Both the position numbers and the translations under genes were made by a program. From a virus, in IMG/VR virus record IMGVR_UViG_3300042691_029560, positions 1 through 64,000 of that record: a stretch of 64,000 nucleotides of DNA; one strand, 5' to 3'. Shown in pieces: positions 10,155-21,004 of the stretch (positions are counted from its first letter, which is position 1; the number at the start of each line of letters is the position of its first letter). The notes beneath the pieces were generated by a model, which was given only the letters and a program-made list of their open reading frames with translations, ran no database searches and was not told the origin of the DNA.

Positions 10155-13100
10155 GTTTATCGATATCCCATTCTGGCACTAGGTTAAGAGTTACTTTTTC
10201 GTTAGATTCAGTTCCTTCTGTAACTGCAACCTTAATAGATTCTATCTTTCTTAAAATAGTGTTACTTCTAGGCTCTAAGCTACTATTTAAACGTTTTTGA
10301 ATAAATTCATCGCGAATAATAATTTGACACCAATCACCTGGGTTATATGTTCCTACAGCCGGATCAACAGTACCGTTTACTTCAATAGAATATTCTCCCA
10401 TAGGAGGCCTCGACTCTGCCAAAAATCTCTCAGCCGATCTCTGCAAATCTCCTTCAACATCAAAATTACCCCAGTTATCAAGATTAATTTGGTTATACCC
10501 AACTAAAGGCCAAGTAACTTTTTCACTGCTTTCTAATAAAGGCCACCCGTCCGCTAGCAGTTCGTTGGCTGAAGCCGCTGCATATCTAGCTCCAGCGTCT
10601 CCACCTCCAGATCCCTTACCATCTCCAACTACAAACATACGAGTCACACCATTTTCTGCGTTTTCTTGTAGAGTAACATCGTTGATGTTTCCAGGATATT
10701 CAAATACTAGTTTGTCGGCACCAAAAGCGCTCACAGGAGCGTAAGCTCCAGGAGCCAAAGGGTTAGCCAAAAGATAGGTAGTTAGAGTAGTTGGCGTCCT
10801 TGGAATTAAAATAAATTGACGTTTAAATACATTTATACCGGCAACATTTTCAACAGAGCAATCAATTCTGTAATCAAAACCATCCACGCTGTTTGAGTAC
10901 TTTTTTAGAAGATCTCCAACATTTGTTAAGGCACTACCAATCAAAGGAGCATTAATAATCTGTTTTTGACTGTAGTTGTTGTTGTTATAAGTTATTCCAC
11001 CAATACCAGCGTTGTTTGGGAATTCACCATATGTCCTTGAAAATGCAGTAGGTATTTTAGATACAGATGCAGCTTTAAGAACAGTGCTTCCAGAAGGAGC
11101 AGCAGTTTTTCCAACAGTTATAGATGTAGCACCTGTAAAAGTGTAAGTTATAGTGTCTGCCGTAACTGATGTAATTTGAACAGGAATTCCAGCATTATTG
11201 TAGTTAGCTAAACCTTTAATGAATACAGTAATAAACTGATTAGCTACAAATCCGTGCTCATCACCATCAAAATATATAGTCCTATTCACACCGGCAGATG
11301 AGTAGTGAGTCGGGTATCTGACAACCCCAAAATTTGTATATACAGCAAAAGCTGTACCAGTAGCTACAGTAAGAGAAGGCACAGCCGTTCCAACACTTGT
11401 GTAAGTAAATGTAGTAATGCTAGGAACACTTAACACTAATACTGGAGAATCTGAATTATTAAACGATGAATCATCCGAGTTGACAATCACTGTGTCCCCA
11501 ACCACAAACCCGTGGGCAGCTGTTGTCCTTATTGTTGCAGTAGACCCAACTCGCTGTTTTCTATCGATAATGTAGGAAGTATTTGCGATCGGGGCCAGCT
11601 GAGTTTTAACACGTTTTGCAGTTCCAGCTGCAGCCTGCTCTTTTACATCTTTAGCACCCGCGCTAGTTGGCTGATATGAAAAAGTAGTAGCATTTGTTAC
11701 AGTTTTAAGAACCCTAGTTCCATCATAAAAAGTATCTGCTTTTGCCATATTTAAAACTATGGTGTCACCGACCATAAACCCGTGAGGTGCAGTGGTAATT
11801 ATTGTAATAAGGTTGCTGGCTTTATCATATTTTCTAGTTTTTAATTGAGCTATGCTTGACGGCTCTACAGTCATATCAAATTCAGGGTCAAACTGGAACC
11901 AGGTTTTAGGAGAGTTTGGGTCCATAGCAGTTACATATTTGTAACCGTCATACATTGGAGCTCCCCAAGAAGGGTCATCTACACCTTCTACGTAAACATA
12001 GTCTTCTTCCAAAAAGTTTAAGTTGTATCCGTCATAAACACTAATCTCTAAAACTTTTCTAGATACAGAAAACTCAGCATATGAATTTTTTACAGTAACT
12101 CCTGATGCACCACCAAGAGCGGATCCAGTGTTTGAGTAACTAAAAGTCTTATCAGTGGGAACAGCAGTAATAGTGACGGCCGTTCCACCGGCATTAAACT
12201 CTTTATATTTATCTTCAATTTTCATTAAAACTAAATTACCAACAGAAAACCCGTGTGGATATTTTGTAGTTATTGTTGCAAGATTAGACGCTCTTCTAAC
12301 TTTAGTTACCGCTCGTTTGTTAGTTTCCGTAACTCTTCTACTTTTTACAGGATAATAAGTACTTGTTAATGCAGTACTGTTTACAGCTAAAGTACTTATA
12401 ATTCCAGTCAAATCAAAGGTAAACGTATTAGAAGATGGTACATCTAATATCTCAAAAGTACCATTTAAGTCAGTAGCAGGAGCACTTAAGTTAACAATCT
12501 CTACTCTTTGACCAGCTATAAGCCCATGATCATTTAGAGTAGTTATTGTTGCGATCGAGTTTTCAACTTTTCTGTAAGTAATAGTGTTTGCATCTCTAAC
12601 ACCCGGAGCAATTAATTCATTTGCAAACTCTGTGTCAATAAAATCTGTAAATAATTCATCAATAATGTCTCTAACATACTGGTACGTATCAACTTTTGCA
12701 GTTACTGTAACTTTGGAATAAAAACTTCCTGCTCTTGTAGGCAACTTAGGAATTTTTACATAAAAATATGTACTTGTTGGGTCTAAGCCACCGCCAGATA
12801 AGACCTCATAAAATCCACCGTACTGAGCGTATCCTTGCTCACCAAAACTTATGTAAGCTTTCACTTTTGCACCGCTACCATCCAAAGTAGGCATTGTGTA
12901 GGTTCTATTGGTAAAAGTTATTTTTGTATTTCCACCAGCAACAGTTTTTTCTGCTTTTGCCTCAAGACTGTAATTAAAAGTTTTCCAAATAAGTCTGTGC
13001 TCCAAGTAACTTGTTAGTTCAGAAGCATCAACAGATAACTCTCTTTTAGTAACTTTATAATCTCTTGCCCAGATAAGACCGCCCCAAATACATACGCCAT

Positions 13101-13311
13101 TACGAAGAACGTACAAAGCAGTTCTTCCAGGCATGGTTGATTCATACAGATCTAAATTATCTGTTTCTTCTGTAATAGCAATAGTGCCGGAAAATTTACC
13201 GGCTCCTTTTAAAGCGCGCTCAAAGCTAACCCCACTAAAAGGGATTTCAGCTAAAACTTCATTTGAGACTAGGTCTACAGTAAAGTATTTATAACTAGGT
13301 GCGTCTACCAT
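10147..13311 (-). CDS. Minor tail protein (Tal/baseplate hub-like) with inserted repeated beta domains
   Basis: Position after Dit. Actinophage minor-tail-like N-terminus (LAEIPFSGVSFERAL...LYVLRNGVCIWGG) and C-terminus (YNPGDWCQI); about 5 HG[FL]xxG repeats in between. Confidence 0.8.
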   Translation of the reverse strand: MVDAPSYKYFTVDLVSNEVLAEIPFSGVSFERALKGAGKFSGTIAITEETDNLDLYESTMPGRTALYVLRNGVCIWGGLIWARDYKVTKRELSVDASELTSYLEHRLIWKTFNYSLEAKAEKTVAGGNTKITFTNRTYTMPTLDGSGAKVKAYISFGEQGYAQYGGFYEVLSGGGLDPTSTYFYVKIPKLPTRAGSFYSKVTVTAKVDTYQYVRDIIDELFTDFIDTEFANELIAPGVRDANTITYRKVENSIATITTLNDHGLIAGQRVEIVNLSAPATDLNGTFEILDVPSSNTFTFDLTGIISTLAVNSTALTSTYYPVKSRRVTETNKRAVTKVRRASNLATITTKYPHGFSVGNLVLMKIEDKYKEFNAGGTAVTITAVPTDKTFSYSNTGSALGGASGVTVKNSYAEFSVSRKVLEISVYDGYNLNFLEEDYVYVEGVDDPSWGAPMYDGYKYVTAMDPNSPKTWFQFDPEFDMTVEPSSIAQLKTRKYDKASNLITIITTAPHGFMVGDTIVLNMAKADTFYDGTRVLKTVTNATTFSYQPTSAGAKDVKEQAAAGTAKRVKTQLAPIANTSYIIDRKQRVGSTATIRTTAAHGFVVGDTVIVNSDDSSFNNSDSPVLVLSVPSITTFTYTSVGTAVPSLTVATGTAFAVYTNFGVVRYPTHYSSAGVNRTIYFDGDEHGFVANQFITVFIKGLANYNNAGIPVQITSVTADTITYTFTGATSITVGKTAAPSGSTVLKAASVSKIPTAFSRTYGEFPNNAGIGGITYNNNNYSQKQIINAPLIGSALTNVGDLLKKYSNSVDGFDYRIDCSVENVAGINVFKRQFILIPRTPTTLTTYLLANPLAPGAYAPVSAFGADKLVFEYPGNINDVTLQENAENGVTRMFVVGDGKGSGGGDAGARYAAASANELLADGWPLLESSEKVTWPLVGYNQINLDNWGNFDVEGDLQRSAERFLAESRPPMGEYSIEVNGTVDPAVGTYNPGDWCQIIIRDEFIQKRLNSSLEPRSNTILRKIESIKVAVTEGTESNEKVTLNLVPEWDIDKRG

Positions 13312-13355
13312 TTAATAATTTAACCTTGCGTCTGATCGTCACTTATGTATATATT

Positions 13356-15470
13356 CTACCCGATCCAACCAGATCTGTATTTAACAGCAAGAGTTGTGGA
13401 TCCAGACGTAGGGCTAAATTGAACAGTATTGCTTCCCGGTTTTAAATATACCCAGTCTGTTAGGGTATCTATGTAAGAACGAGCAATTGTTGCAGAACCA
13501 TTAAAAAGAGCAGATTTATTGTATGTATCAATTTCTAAAGTGTCTGCACTAGCTAGAGTCACCGTTCCATTAGTTGATGCCGAAGCAAGATCCCCTGTAG
13601 TTTTTGCAAAACTTATTGTCGTATCTGTTACAGCTGTAATAACTGCACCAGTAGTGTTTAATCCAGTTCTACCAGCAGTACTTATGCTAGCAACATTAAC
13701 TACGTCTCCCACTAAGAAAGAGTGCACTGTTGCACCAAATCCAAGAGTAACTACGTTAGAAGATACCTGGGAAGTACTAATAGAAACGTTATAACTAGAT
13801 CCTCTAATATTTTTTGTCACGGTTAAAGTTTTTCCAGCCGTTGTGTTTGTTATAGTAATTGGAGCGGTAAGGCCAGCTGATCCACCAGTAAGAGTTAGTA
13901 CCATAGGAACATCAAAATTGCCCTCGTTGCTTATAGAAGTAGATCCAGCTGCAGCAACGGTAGTGCTTTGATAGCCATTGGAATCATTCCAATTCCATTT
14001 AAATTTAATCGGATTTGCAGCTCTAAGTCCAACTGAAAAATCAATTCTTCCTCTGGCATTTACAACTTTTATACTAGGACGCCCACTAAGACGAACATAT
14101 GCTGCCTTAACAGGATTTTCATCTACAATCAACCAACCACCAGTAGCAACAAGATTTATTGCAGAAATAAGCCTGTCTCTAGCTGCAGCCGTGTAAGATC
14201 TGTCTGGAACAAGAATAGAACCAGTCAAAGTCATAACTCTAGCTGTATAACGTCCTCTAACGTCATAAGAACCGTCATCGAGGCCACGAGTAAGATCTTG
14301 AATTTCCGGGTCTGGCAAATCCCACCAACCCTCGATATCGGTACAAACCCATAAAACGTTATTGTTATCAATAGTGTTGAGCAGTAAATTATTGATCATA
14401 ATATCTGCATTAAGTTCTATGCCAGTTAGATGCGGCGCAGGGACTGGTCGAAGAACTGTATTTGTTTTTGTATTCTCTTGTATCTGAGACACTGACTCTA
14501 CAAACGGACTTGCAAAAGAATTATTCTCAAACTGTAAAGCATCAAGAAGAAATACTTGTCCGGAGACTGAAGTGGATGTTACAACTACTCTAACTCGTCC
14601 GGTGACTGCCGTTGCCGGAGCCGTCCCTGTTATTGAAACCCTTGTCCAACCACTTGCAACTGTAAGTGCAGATGTAGCAGATGTACTAGTAGATAAAGTT
14701 GTTCCACCAGAGTCTCTAAACCGAATTACTGCTTGAAAGCTTGTGGCTTCTTGGCCGATAGGTATTTTTACGTAGTAAGAAAAAGTGTAGGTAAGACCAG
14801 CACCAATAGATATATCTTTACCAATTTCTATTCCAGAAGTAGAACTTTTAGATACAACACCATAAAAATTTCCATAGTATGATTTTTCTATTTCAGCCAA
14901 AGCATTTGTGGTTTCTGTGGTAGATGCTGGAGAGAAAGAACCAAGACCCGGATTTAATCTAAATCTTGTAGCTGACAAAACAGTTACAATTTTTACTCTT
15001 GTATTAAATTGAGAAGTAGAGAATCCGCTAGTAGATACATATTGACCATTTGTAAGATTATGTGGTGTAGCTGTAATATAATTTACAACTGAAGACGACG
15101 CAGGAGTTGCCACTCCGTTAGCTGGGTATTCAGTCCCAGTAACAGAACCAGCCATAGTAGCTCTAAAAGTGTTTACGTCAATTACAGAGATCGCTGCGGA
15201 TGTTACGTTAAAGTTTGCGTATGTAGTGAATCCAGTAATTGTTACAGCGGTTCCGTTTGCAATCCCATGGTTTTGAACAGTGTATACAGCACTAGTAGTT
15301 CCAGCAGCAGTCGCGGACTCTACCTGAAGACTTATAGTGGCAGAGCTAACTGCAACAGAAGTTATTGTAGAGTTTTTACCCTTAGTATCTAAAGAGCAGT
15401 TAGTAGCAGTCCATCCAGTTTGCGTTGCATTATTAAACGTAGGATCTGGAAATAAGTTAGTTTGTATCAT
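13356..15470 (-). CDS. Distal tail protein (Dit) with accessory carbohydrate-binding-like domains
   Basis: Immediately after the tape measure gene. Dit-like core (EGWWDLPD...ARVMTLTG...NEGN...LKPGSNTV); N-terminal extension with a CBM-like segment (YTFSYYVK...WTRVSITGTAP...DALQFE). Confidence 0.8.
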   Translation of the reverse strand: MIQTNLFPDPTFNNATQTGWTATNCSLDTKGKNSTITSVAVSSATISLQVESATAAGTTSAVYTVQNHGIANGTAVTITGFTTYANFNVTSAAISVIDVNTFRATMAGSVTGTEYPANGVATPASSSVVNYITATPHNLTNGQYVSTSGFSTSQFNTRVKIVTVLSATRFRLNPGLGSFSPASTTETTNALAEIEKSYYGNFYGVVSKSSTSGIEIGKDISIGAGLTYTFSYYVKIPIGQEATSFQAVIRFRDSGGTTLSTSTSATSALTVASGWTRVSITGTAPATAVTGRVRVVVTSTSVSGQVFLLDALQFENNSFASPFVESVSQIQENTKTNTVLRPVPAPHLTGIELNADIMINNLLLNTIDNNNVLWVCTDIEGWWDLPDPEIQDLTRGLDDGSYDVRGRYTARVMTLTGSILVPDRSYTAAARDRLISAINLVATGGWLIVDENPVKAAYVRLSGRPSIKVVNARGRIDFSVGLRAANPIKFKWNWNDSNGYQSTTVAAAGSTSISNEGNFDVPMVLTLTGGSAGLTAPITITNTTAGKTLTVTKNIRGSSYNVSISTSQVSSNVVTLGFGATVHSFLVGDVVNVASISTAGRTGLNTTGAVITAVTDTTISFAKTTGDLASASTNGTVTLASADTLEIDTYNKSALFNGSATIARSYIDTLTDWVYLKPGSNTVQFSPTSGSTTLAVKYRSGWIG

Positions 15471-15472
15471 TT

Positions 15473-18400
15473 TTAAATAGTACCCTTACGCATAGAGAAA
15501 GCAAGCTGACGGGACACTTCAGCTGCTAGTTCTTTAACACTCATGCCCTCAGAGGCATAAACGTTAATTTCAATAGGAGAAGATTCTGCAGATTTAGACT
15601 CTTTAATTGCTGCCAATACCGCTTTATCACCAGCAGACAAGCCATTCGAGTCAAGCGGCACAACTCGCTCTGGTTTGCCAGCTTCTGCAATGTTAACAAT
15701 AGATCCACCGGGGCTAGGCATAACCGTACCACCTTGAGCAAGCCTTGTTAATTTAACTGGCTTTAGCGGCTCAAGCTTCATGTCTATAGCACCAAATGAA
15801 GCAAGTTTAATTCCTTCAAGAATTATGTTAATTCCATTAAGAAGCAGGTTAATTCCATTAATCATAAAGTTAATTACAGCTTCCACACCGGTAAGCAACA
15901 AATTAATTATGCCTTTAAAAACAATTGATATGCCTTTAAAGATCGCGGCAAAAACAGTACCAATAAGTCTTACGCCTTTAATAATTGCTGTTATTCCAAA
16001 CATTAGTCCTTCAGCAAACCATTTAGCAAGAGTAACTATGACCGCTATCACGCCTTCAATAATTGCAATAAGCGGCGTAAGCAGGCCAGACAAAACTTTA
16101 ATTGCAGGGCCAAGAACTGCAAGGAAGACATCAGCAAGTGCAATTACTATGTCAAGAATCGGTTCAATTATGCCCATAAGCAACTCGAGTGCCGGAACCA
16201 ATAGCGAAGCAGCTGCTTTTACAATCTCCATCATAGGAGGAAGAAGTTCTTTAAACAGACTACTTATTATAGGTAAAAGCGGCTTAAGAGCATTTAGTAA
16301 TAATTCAATTACTGGAGATAGTGCATCAAAAAGTTTAGTAATTACTGGAACAAGAGCTTCTATTAAGGTGCTAACAAAAGGCATAATTTCTTTTAGAATT
16401 TCACCAAATATTGGAGCCAGATCTTTTATAAGAGTAGCAATTAAAGGAAGAATTGCATCTAAAATATCTTTAATTACAGGAAGAAGCATGTCCATCAACT
16501 GATCAATTAAAGGCACCAGAATTTCTACTAGTTTAACTATAACCGGTACAAGACTTTGTACTAATTGACCAATAAATGGGGCAAGTTCTTTTATAAGATC
16601 GGCAACTACTCCAATCACCGCATCAAAAGTTTCGAGCAATGCACCGATTATAGGAATAATTACATTTTCAATAATCGGCCCAAGCTGGTTTACAAGAGTT
16701 TGAATTAGTGGAGACAGAGCCTTAATAACGTCAGCAATTACTGGCATTAGGCTAGTAAGAACAGATGAGATAGCTGGCATTAATTCTTCAAATACCGATG
16801 CAAAAGAGTCAACTAGTAGAGTGAGTATTGTCATCAACGGAGGAACTACTGTCCTTACAAGCGTATTAATCGTTGGTATAAGGACGCCTAGCAAAGCATC
16901 AATTACAGGCATAATTGATTCAAGAAGCGTTACAAATACGCCAACCACTGAAGAAATAATAGTTTTTAGTGGAGGAAGAAGACTCTTTACAAGACTTTCA
17001 ATAGGATCAAGAAGTTTAACAAAAATATCAAATACTGGAAGTAAAGTCTCAACCAAAGTAATAACAATATCAATAACAACTTTTAGAACATCTCCAGCAA
17101 GATCCATAAGAAGATCTATAACAGACATAATTGGAGGAATAAGTCTTATAAACATATCGGCTAAAGGTTCTATAACGCCAACTACGGCACTAATAATTGG
17201 ACCTAGCATTCCAAGCAGAGACATAATACTTGGCATTAACTCATCTATAAATGGCATTATAGATTTAAGTACATCTTGAACTGCAAGGGCAATTGTACTA
17301 ATTAACGGAGTAATTGCTGGAATAATTTCTTGTAAAGGATTTAAAACAGCAGTGACAAGAGAATCTACTATAGGCATCACTGTTTCTAGTAATCCAACAA
17401 CGACAGGAATAATAGCACTTATTATTCCAGATAGTGCAGGTATTACAGCATTACCAATTTGAGTAATAACAGTACCAACAGCTTTAAGGATCTCGGCAAG
17501 TATTGGCATGAAGTCAGTTACCATCTGTATAAGCACTGGAGCCAGCTGAGCAACCATGTCATTAAATAGTGGAAAAACGTGCTGAACTAAAGAATCAAAT
17601 ATAGGAACGATTGTGTCTGCAAGTACTTTTCCTAAAAGTGTAAATATATCTACTAATCCAGAAACAACGCCGTTTAGTCCGCTATCCCTACCAGTAAATG
17701 CAGCAATTAATAAAGCAAAAGAATCGGCTAGTTCCCGCAGTAAGGTTCCAGCCATGTCAGAAAATATTGCAATAAGAGGTCCAACTGCATCAATTATTGC
17801 TTTAAATACAGGAGTAAAATCTTTTATCAAAACTGCAACAAGATTAATAATCTGAGAAATTACGCTAGCTATAACCGGTATAAAGTCTTTTAAGAATAGA
17901 TCAACTACAGGTCCTAGTGATCCGACAAGCATTCCAAATAGTTCCGCTACAAGTTTTATAACTGGGACTAAGGAGTCTAAAAGTTGCGCAGTTAGATCTG
18001 CTCCATAACGTATTACCAATACTAAGGTGTCAACAAGGAATTCCATTGCAGGAACTATCGCTTCCATGATAGGCGGAATTAATCCCATCAAAGCAGTTGC
18101 AAGATTTCCAATAGGGCCAACAAGTTTATCTACACCAGCAGTAATTTCACTAGATAGTATTTTTGCAAATTGCTGCATTGCTACATTTATTACATCAAGT
18201 ATTGGCTTAACTGTGTCCTGGATAGTTTTCCAGGTTGCATCCATAGAGTTTTTAAAGTCTTCGTTAGTGTTGTATAAATATATAAATAAACCAGCAAGCG
18301 CAGTCATGAAAGCCAAAATTGGGTGCTGAGCAACCTTATTTAAGTTTTCTGTAAGCTTACCCATACCGCCAACAAGTACGTCTAAGCCTTTACCACCATA

Positions 18401-20182
18401 AATAGCAAGAAGACCAAAAGCTAGTGCAAATGCGTGAATCTTTGCAGTTGCTTTAAAGAATGCCTTTACCATAGGTTTTTCCATAAAGTTTGCAAGCATT
18501 TTTGCTGCACCATTTAAGATCTTAAAGAATTCAACAACAGCACCCGATTGAGCAAAAGCACCCAGGAACCTAAGAATATTTACTACAAGCTCACCAAATA
18601 CAGGAAGCGCAGATCCAACTTCTTCAAACATATCTTTAAGAGCCGGCATGCCTTTTTGTAAAACAGCAAAAAATTCACCAAGATTTGGAGTTTGTAAAGC
18701 ACCAAATATTGTTCTTACCATTGTTCCTATAAGTTGTAGGAATGATTTAGCGTTTTGAGCCCCCATAAATAGGCTCTTACGCATCTTTTCAATACCCTCC
18801 GGGCTATTTCTAAGAACTTTCCATTTGCCAGTTACTTCTTTAAACCAATCAAGAAGCATCTCTCCACCAGAGTTTTTACCTACCGAAGATTTTATGATTC
18901 CACTAAAAGCACCAAAAGAGTTTCCAATAATTGCACCAAGTTTGGCAGTTAAACGTCCGGCTTGTAAGAAAAACTTTCTAAGCTCTCCGGTAGACTCTTT
19001 TAGTCTAAGATCGGCTAAAAATCCTTTAGTTTTTTTGTTTAAGAACTTGGTAAACATGCTCAGCAAAGGCGCGGCTTGCTTGAGCAGTAGAACTAGAATT
19101 GCAAATATGTTTCCTAAAGGCTTGCCCATTTGCTCTATAAAGTGAGCAGACATTTGCATAACAGAGTTGACGGCTTTTAGATTCTGCGCACTTGTAATAA
19201 TGTGAGCAAAAGATCTTGCAGCTTTACCCATTGCTATAGCAATAGACGATACACCTTTTTCAAAGACCGGCATACCACGTTTTACTATTAAACCTAAAGC
19301 ATTTTGTAGAGGTGGGAGCAATCCCTTAGCAGCAACAAGACGTAGTCTTGTCATGTTTTTAGATAGGCCGGCTAAGAATTTAGCAAAGTTTTTTTGATAT
19401 ATATTCAAGCCAACCATGGCTTGTTCTATAGGAGTTCTACCAAATCCAGCAGACCCCTTAGCCTGCTGCTCCTGTAAATCTTTATTGCGATCAATTGCTC
19501 GACGCATATTAAGATCTGCTTCAGCATAAGCAAGTTCTGCTTCACGTCTAACTCTAGAGTTAGGCGGCAAATCCTGAACCATTGCAAGACGTTCTCTAGC
19601 TTCCTCTAGAGACATACCAGCACGAAGCTCGCTTAAAGCTGCTTCTTCAGCATCAAATGCTAATTGCTGTAAGTCTTCAGATATCTCTCTGGCAGTTTTA
19701 CCAAGTCCTTTTTGTTCCTTGGTTAAAGCAGCAGCAGCTTCGGTTACACCTTTTAGAGCAAATTTACCAACCATGCCACCAAGTTTTAGTGCAACCATAG
19801 CCCCACCAAGAGCTATCATGGATGGTGCTGCTCCAGCTAATGCACCAGCTAAAGCAAGTATGGCGTTACCTAGAGATCCGATACCACCAATTAAACCGCC
19901 AAGTATGGTTCCAAAACCATAAAACTTACGTTGTAGAGATGCAAAGGCGTCGTAGGCTTGCTTAGACCCCGGACGTAAAGCTTCTAGTCCTTTAGAAACT
20001 CGGCCAAAGAAAGATACTCCGTCTTGCTTAGCCGCGTTAAACGCTCTAGAAAAAGCACCACTTATCTTTTGACCGGCTTCAGAGCCAAGTCTTTCAGACC
20101 CTCTAAATCCATTACGAATGTCACCTTTTACACGGTTTGTTATCGCACGGACTATGACGTGAGCTTCACCTACGACTGCCAT
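15473..20182 (-). CDS. Tape measure protein
   Basis: 1569 aa, helical, long run of ~11-residue Pro-periodic amphipathic repeats; C-terminal LAQGG...IAEAGKPERVVPL; follows the chaperone genes. Confidence 0.92.
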   Translation of the reverse strand: MAVVGEAHVIVRAITNRVKGDIRNGFRGSERLGSEAGQKISGAFSRAFNAAKQDGVSFFGRVSKGLEALRPGSKQAYDAFASLQRKFYGFGTILGGLIGGIGSLGNAILALAGALAGAAPSMIALGGAMVALKLGGMVGKFALKGVTEAAAALTKEQKGLGKTAREISEDLQQLAFDAEEAALSELRAGMSLEEARERLAMVQDLPPNSRVRREAELAYAEADLNMRRAIDRNKDLQEQQAKGSAGFGRTPIEQAMVGLNIYQKNFAKFLAGLSKNMTRLRLVAAKGLLPPLQNALGLIVKRGMPVFEKGVSSIAIAMGKAARSFAHIITSAQNLKAVNSVMQMSAHFIEQMGKPLGNIFAILVLLLKQAAPLLSMFTKFLNKKTKGFLADLRLKESTGELRKFFLQAGRLTAKLGAIIGNSFGAFSGIIKSSVGKNSGGEMLLDWFKEVTGKWKVLRNSPEGIEKMRKSLFMGAQNAKSFLQLIGTMVRTIFGALQTPNLGEFFAVLQKGMPALKDMFEEVGSALPVFGELVVNILRFLGAFAQSGAVVEFFKILNGAAKMLANFMEKPMVKAFFKATAKIHAFALAFGLLAIYGGKGLDVLVGGMGKLTENLNKVAQHPILAFMTALAGLFIYLYNTNEDFKNSMDATWKTIQDTVKPILDVINVAMQQFAKILSSEITAGVDKLVGPIGNLATALMGLIPPIMEAIVPAMEFLVDTLVLVIRYGADLTAQLLDSLVPVIKLVAELFGMLVGSLGPVVDLFLKDFIPVIASVISQIINLVAVLIKDFTPVFKAIIDAVGPLIAIFSDMAGTLLRELADSFALLIAAFTGRDSGLNGVVSGLVDIFTLLGKVLADTIVPIFDSLVQHVFPLFNDMVAQLAPVLIQMVTDFMPILAEILKAVGTVITQIGNAVIPALSGIISAIIPVVVGLLETVMPIVDSLVTAVLNPLQEIIPAITPLISTIALAVQDVLKSIMPFIDELMPSIMSLLGMLGPIISAVVGVIEPLADMFIRLIPPIMSVIDLLMDLAGDVLKVVIDIVITLVETLLPVFDIFVKLLDPIESLVKSLLPPLKTIISSVVGVFVTLLESIMPVIDALLGVLIPTINTLVRTVVPPLMTILTLLVDSFASVFEELMPAISSVLTSLMPVIADVIKALSPLIQTLVNQLGPIIENVIIPIIGALLETFDAVIGVVADLIKELAPFIGQLVQSLVPVIVKLVEILVPLIDQLMDMLLPVIKDILDAILPLIATLIKDLAPIFGEILKEIMPFVSTLIEALVPVITKLFDALSPVIELLLNALKPLLPIISSLFKELLPPMMEIVKAAASLLVPALELLMGIIEPILDIVIALADVFLAVLGPAIKVLSGLLTPLIAIIEGVIAVIVTLAKWFAEGLMFGITAIIKGVRLIGTVFAAIFKGISIVFKGIINLLLTGVEAVINFMINGINLLLNGINIILEGIKLASFGAIDMKLEPLKPVKLTRLAQGGTVMPSPGGSIVNIAEAGKPERVVPLDSNGLSAGDKAVLAAIKESKSAESSPIEINVYASEGMSVKELAAEVSRQLAFSMRKGTI

Positions 20183-20192
20183 TTATCATCAC

Positions 20193-20645
20193 CTACCCTA
20201 TTGGCGCATCTAGTATTCCGTTAAACGGATCGTCTAAATTCGGGCCTACTTCAGTTGGAGGAGTGTAGGCCTTAACTGGTTCTTTGTATCTAGGGTTAAA
20301 CGGTTTAATATCAGAATCATCATCTTTTGTAGAAAACGATGACTCTTCAGCAAACTGAAGATCATCTACCCCGCTAGCTGTATCAAAGCCAGCATTTTTC
20401 TTTTTAGCAGCATATTTATAAGATTTATTGTAGAAATCTTTGTAGAGGGTAGTTCTTAGTTGATCTCTTGCCTGAGATTGCTCTGCGGAACTTACATCAA
20501 AAGCATCTTCTAGCAGATAATGGAGTACGTCTAGCATGTCAGATGCCTCCAAACTTTCTAGTCTAATTCCGTTAAATATGCACTTACCGTTTACATACGG
20601 CCATAAGTCGAGCCCCCACTCGATTAACCCTATGGCCGCTCTATC
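20193..20645 (-). CDS. Tail assembly chaperone C-terminal extension (G-T type, -1 frame)
   Basis: The -1 frame relative to 20630..20956 is open from ~20660 through AAIGLIEWGLDLWPYVNGK...LEASDMLD. The listed TTG start at 20552 is probably internal. The exact shift point is uncertain. Confidence 0.7.
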   Translation of the reverse strand, partial: DRAAIGLIEWGLDLWPYVNGKCIFNGIRLESLEASDMLDVLHYLLEDAFDVSSAEQSQARDQLRTTLYKDFYNKSYKYAAKKKNAGFDTASGVDDLQFAEESSFSTKDDDSDIKPFNPRYKEPVKAYTPPTEVGPNLDDPFNGILDAPIG

Positions 20646-20956
20646 GGGCGGTCTGAGTATTCCTCAATCAGCCATGAGACGATCTCGGCTAAAGTCTCCA
20701 CAGGAACAATTTTTTCCTTGTCATTTAGAAGTGCATCAAAACGTTCGTAGCTTTCGTCAAGCAGAACGGTCTTGAAGAACTTGGTCATAACTGCTGCAGT
20801 TTTTGCTGGATCTTCTGATCCTGAATCAGCAACAAGGTCTAACAAAACCTTGCCCTGAAGTTGAGTAACACAAGTGAACTCTTCGTTGAAAAGTTTGAAT
20901 TTTACTGGTTCAGCATTTGAATCTACTGATCCACCAAAGTCCTTGAATCTGGCCAT
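20630..20956 (-). CDS. Tail assembly chaperone (G)
   Basis: 108 aa upstream of the tape measure gene; ends ...WLIEEYSDRP, similar to actinophage chaperones. Confidence 0.8.
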   Translation of the reverse strand: MARFKDFGGSVDSNAEPVKFKLFNEEFTCVTQLQGKVLLDLVADSGSEDPAKTAAVMTKFFKTVLLDESYERFDALLNDKEKIVPVETLAEIVSWLIEEYSDRPIERP

Positions 20957-21004
20957 AATTACAGTATCCTTAATTTAGTATTGAATGTGGACATGAAGTT
21001 AAAG

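Noticed and set aside
15900-18200. Pro-periodic repeats in the tape measure protein as a novelty
   Set aside because: About 11-residue amphipathic repeats are a normal tape-measure feature.
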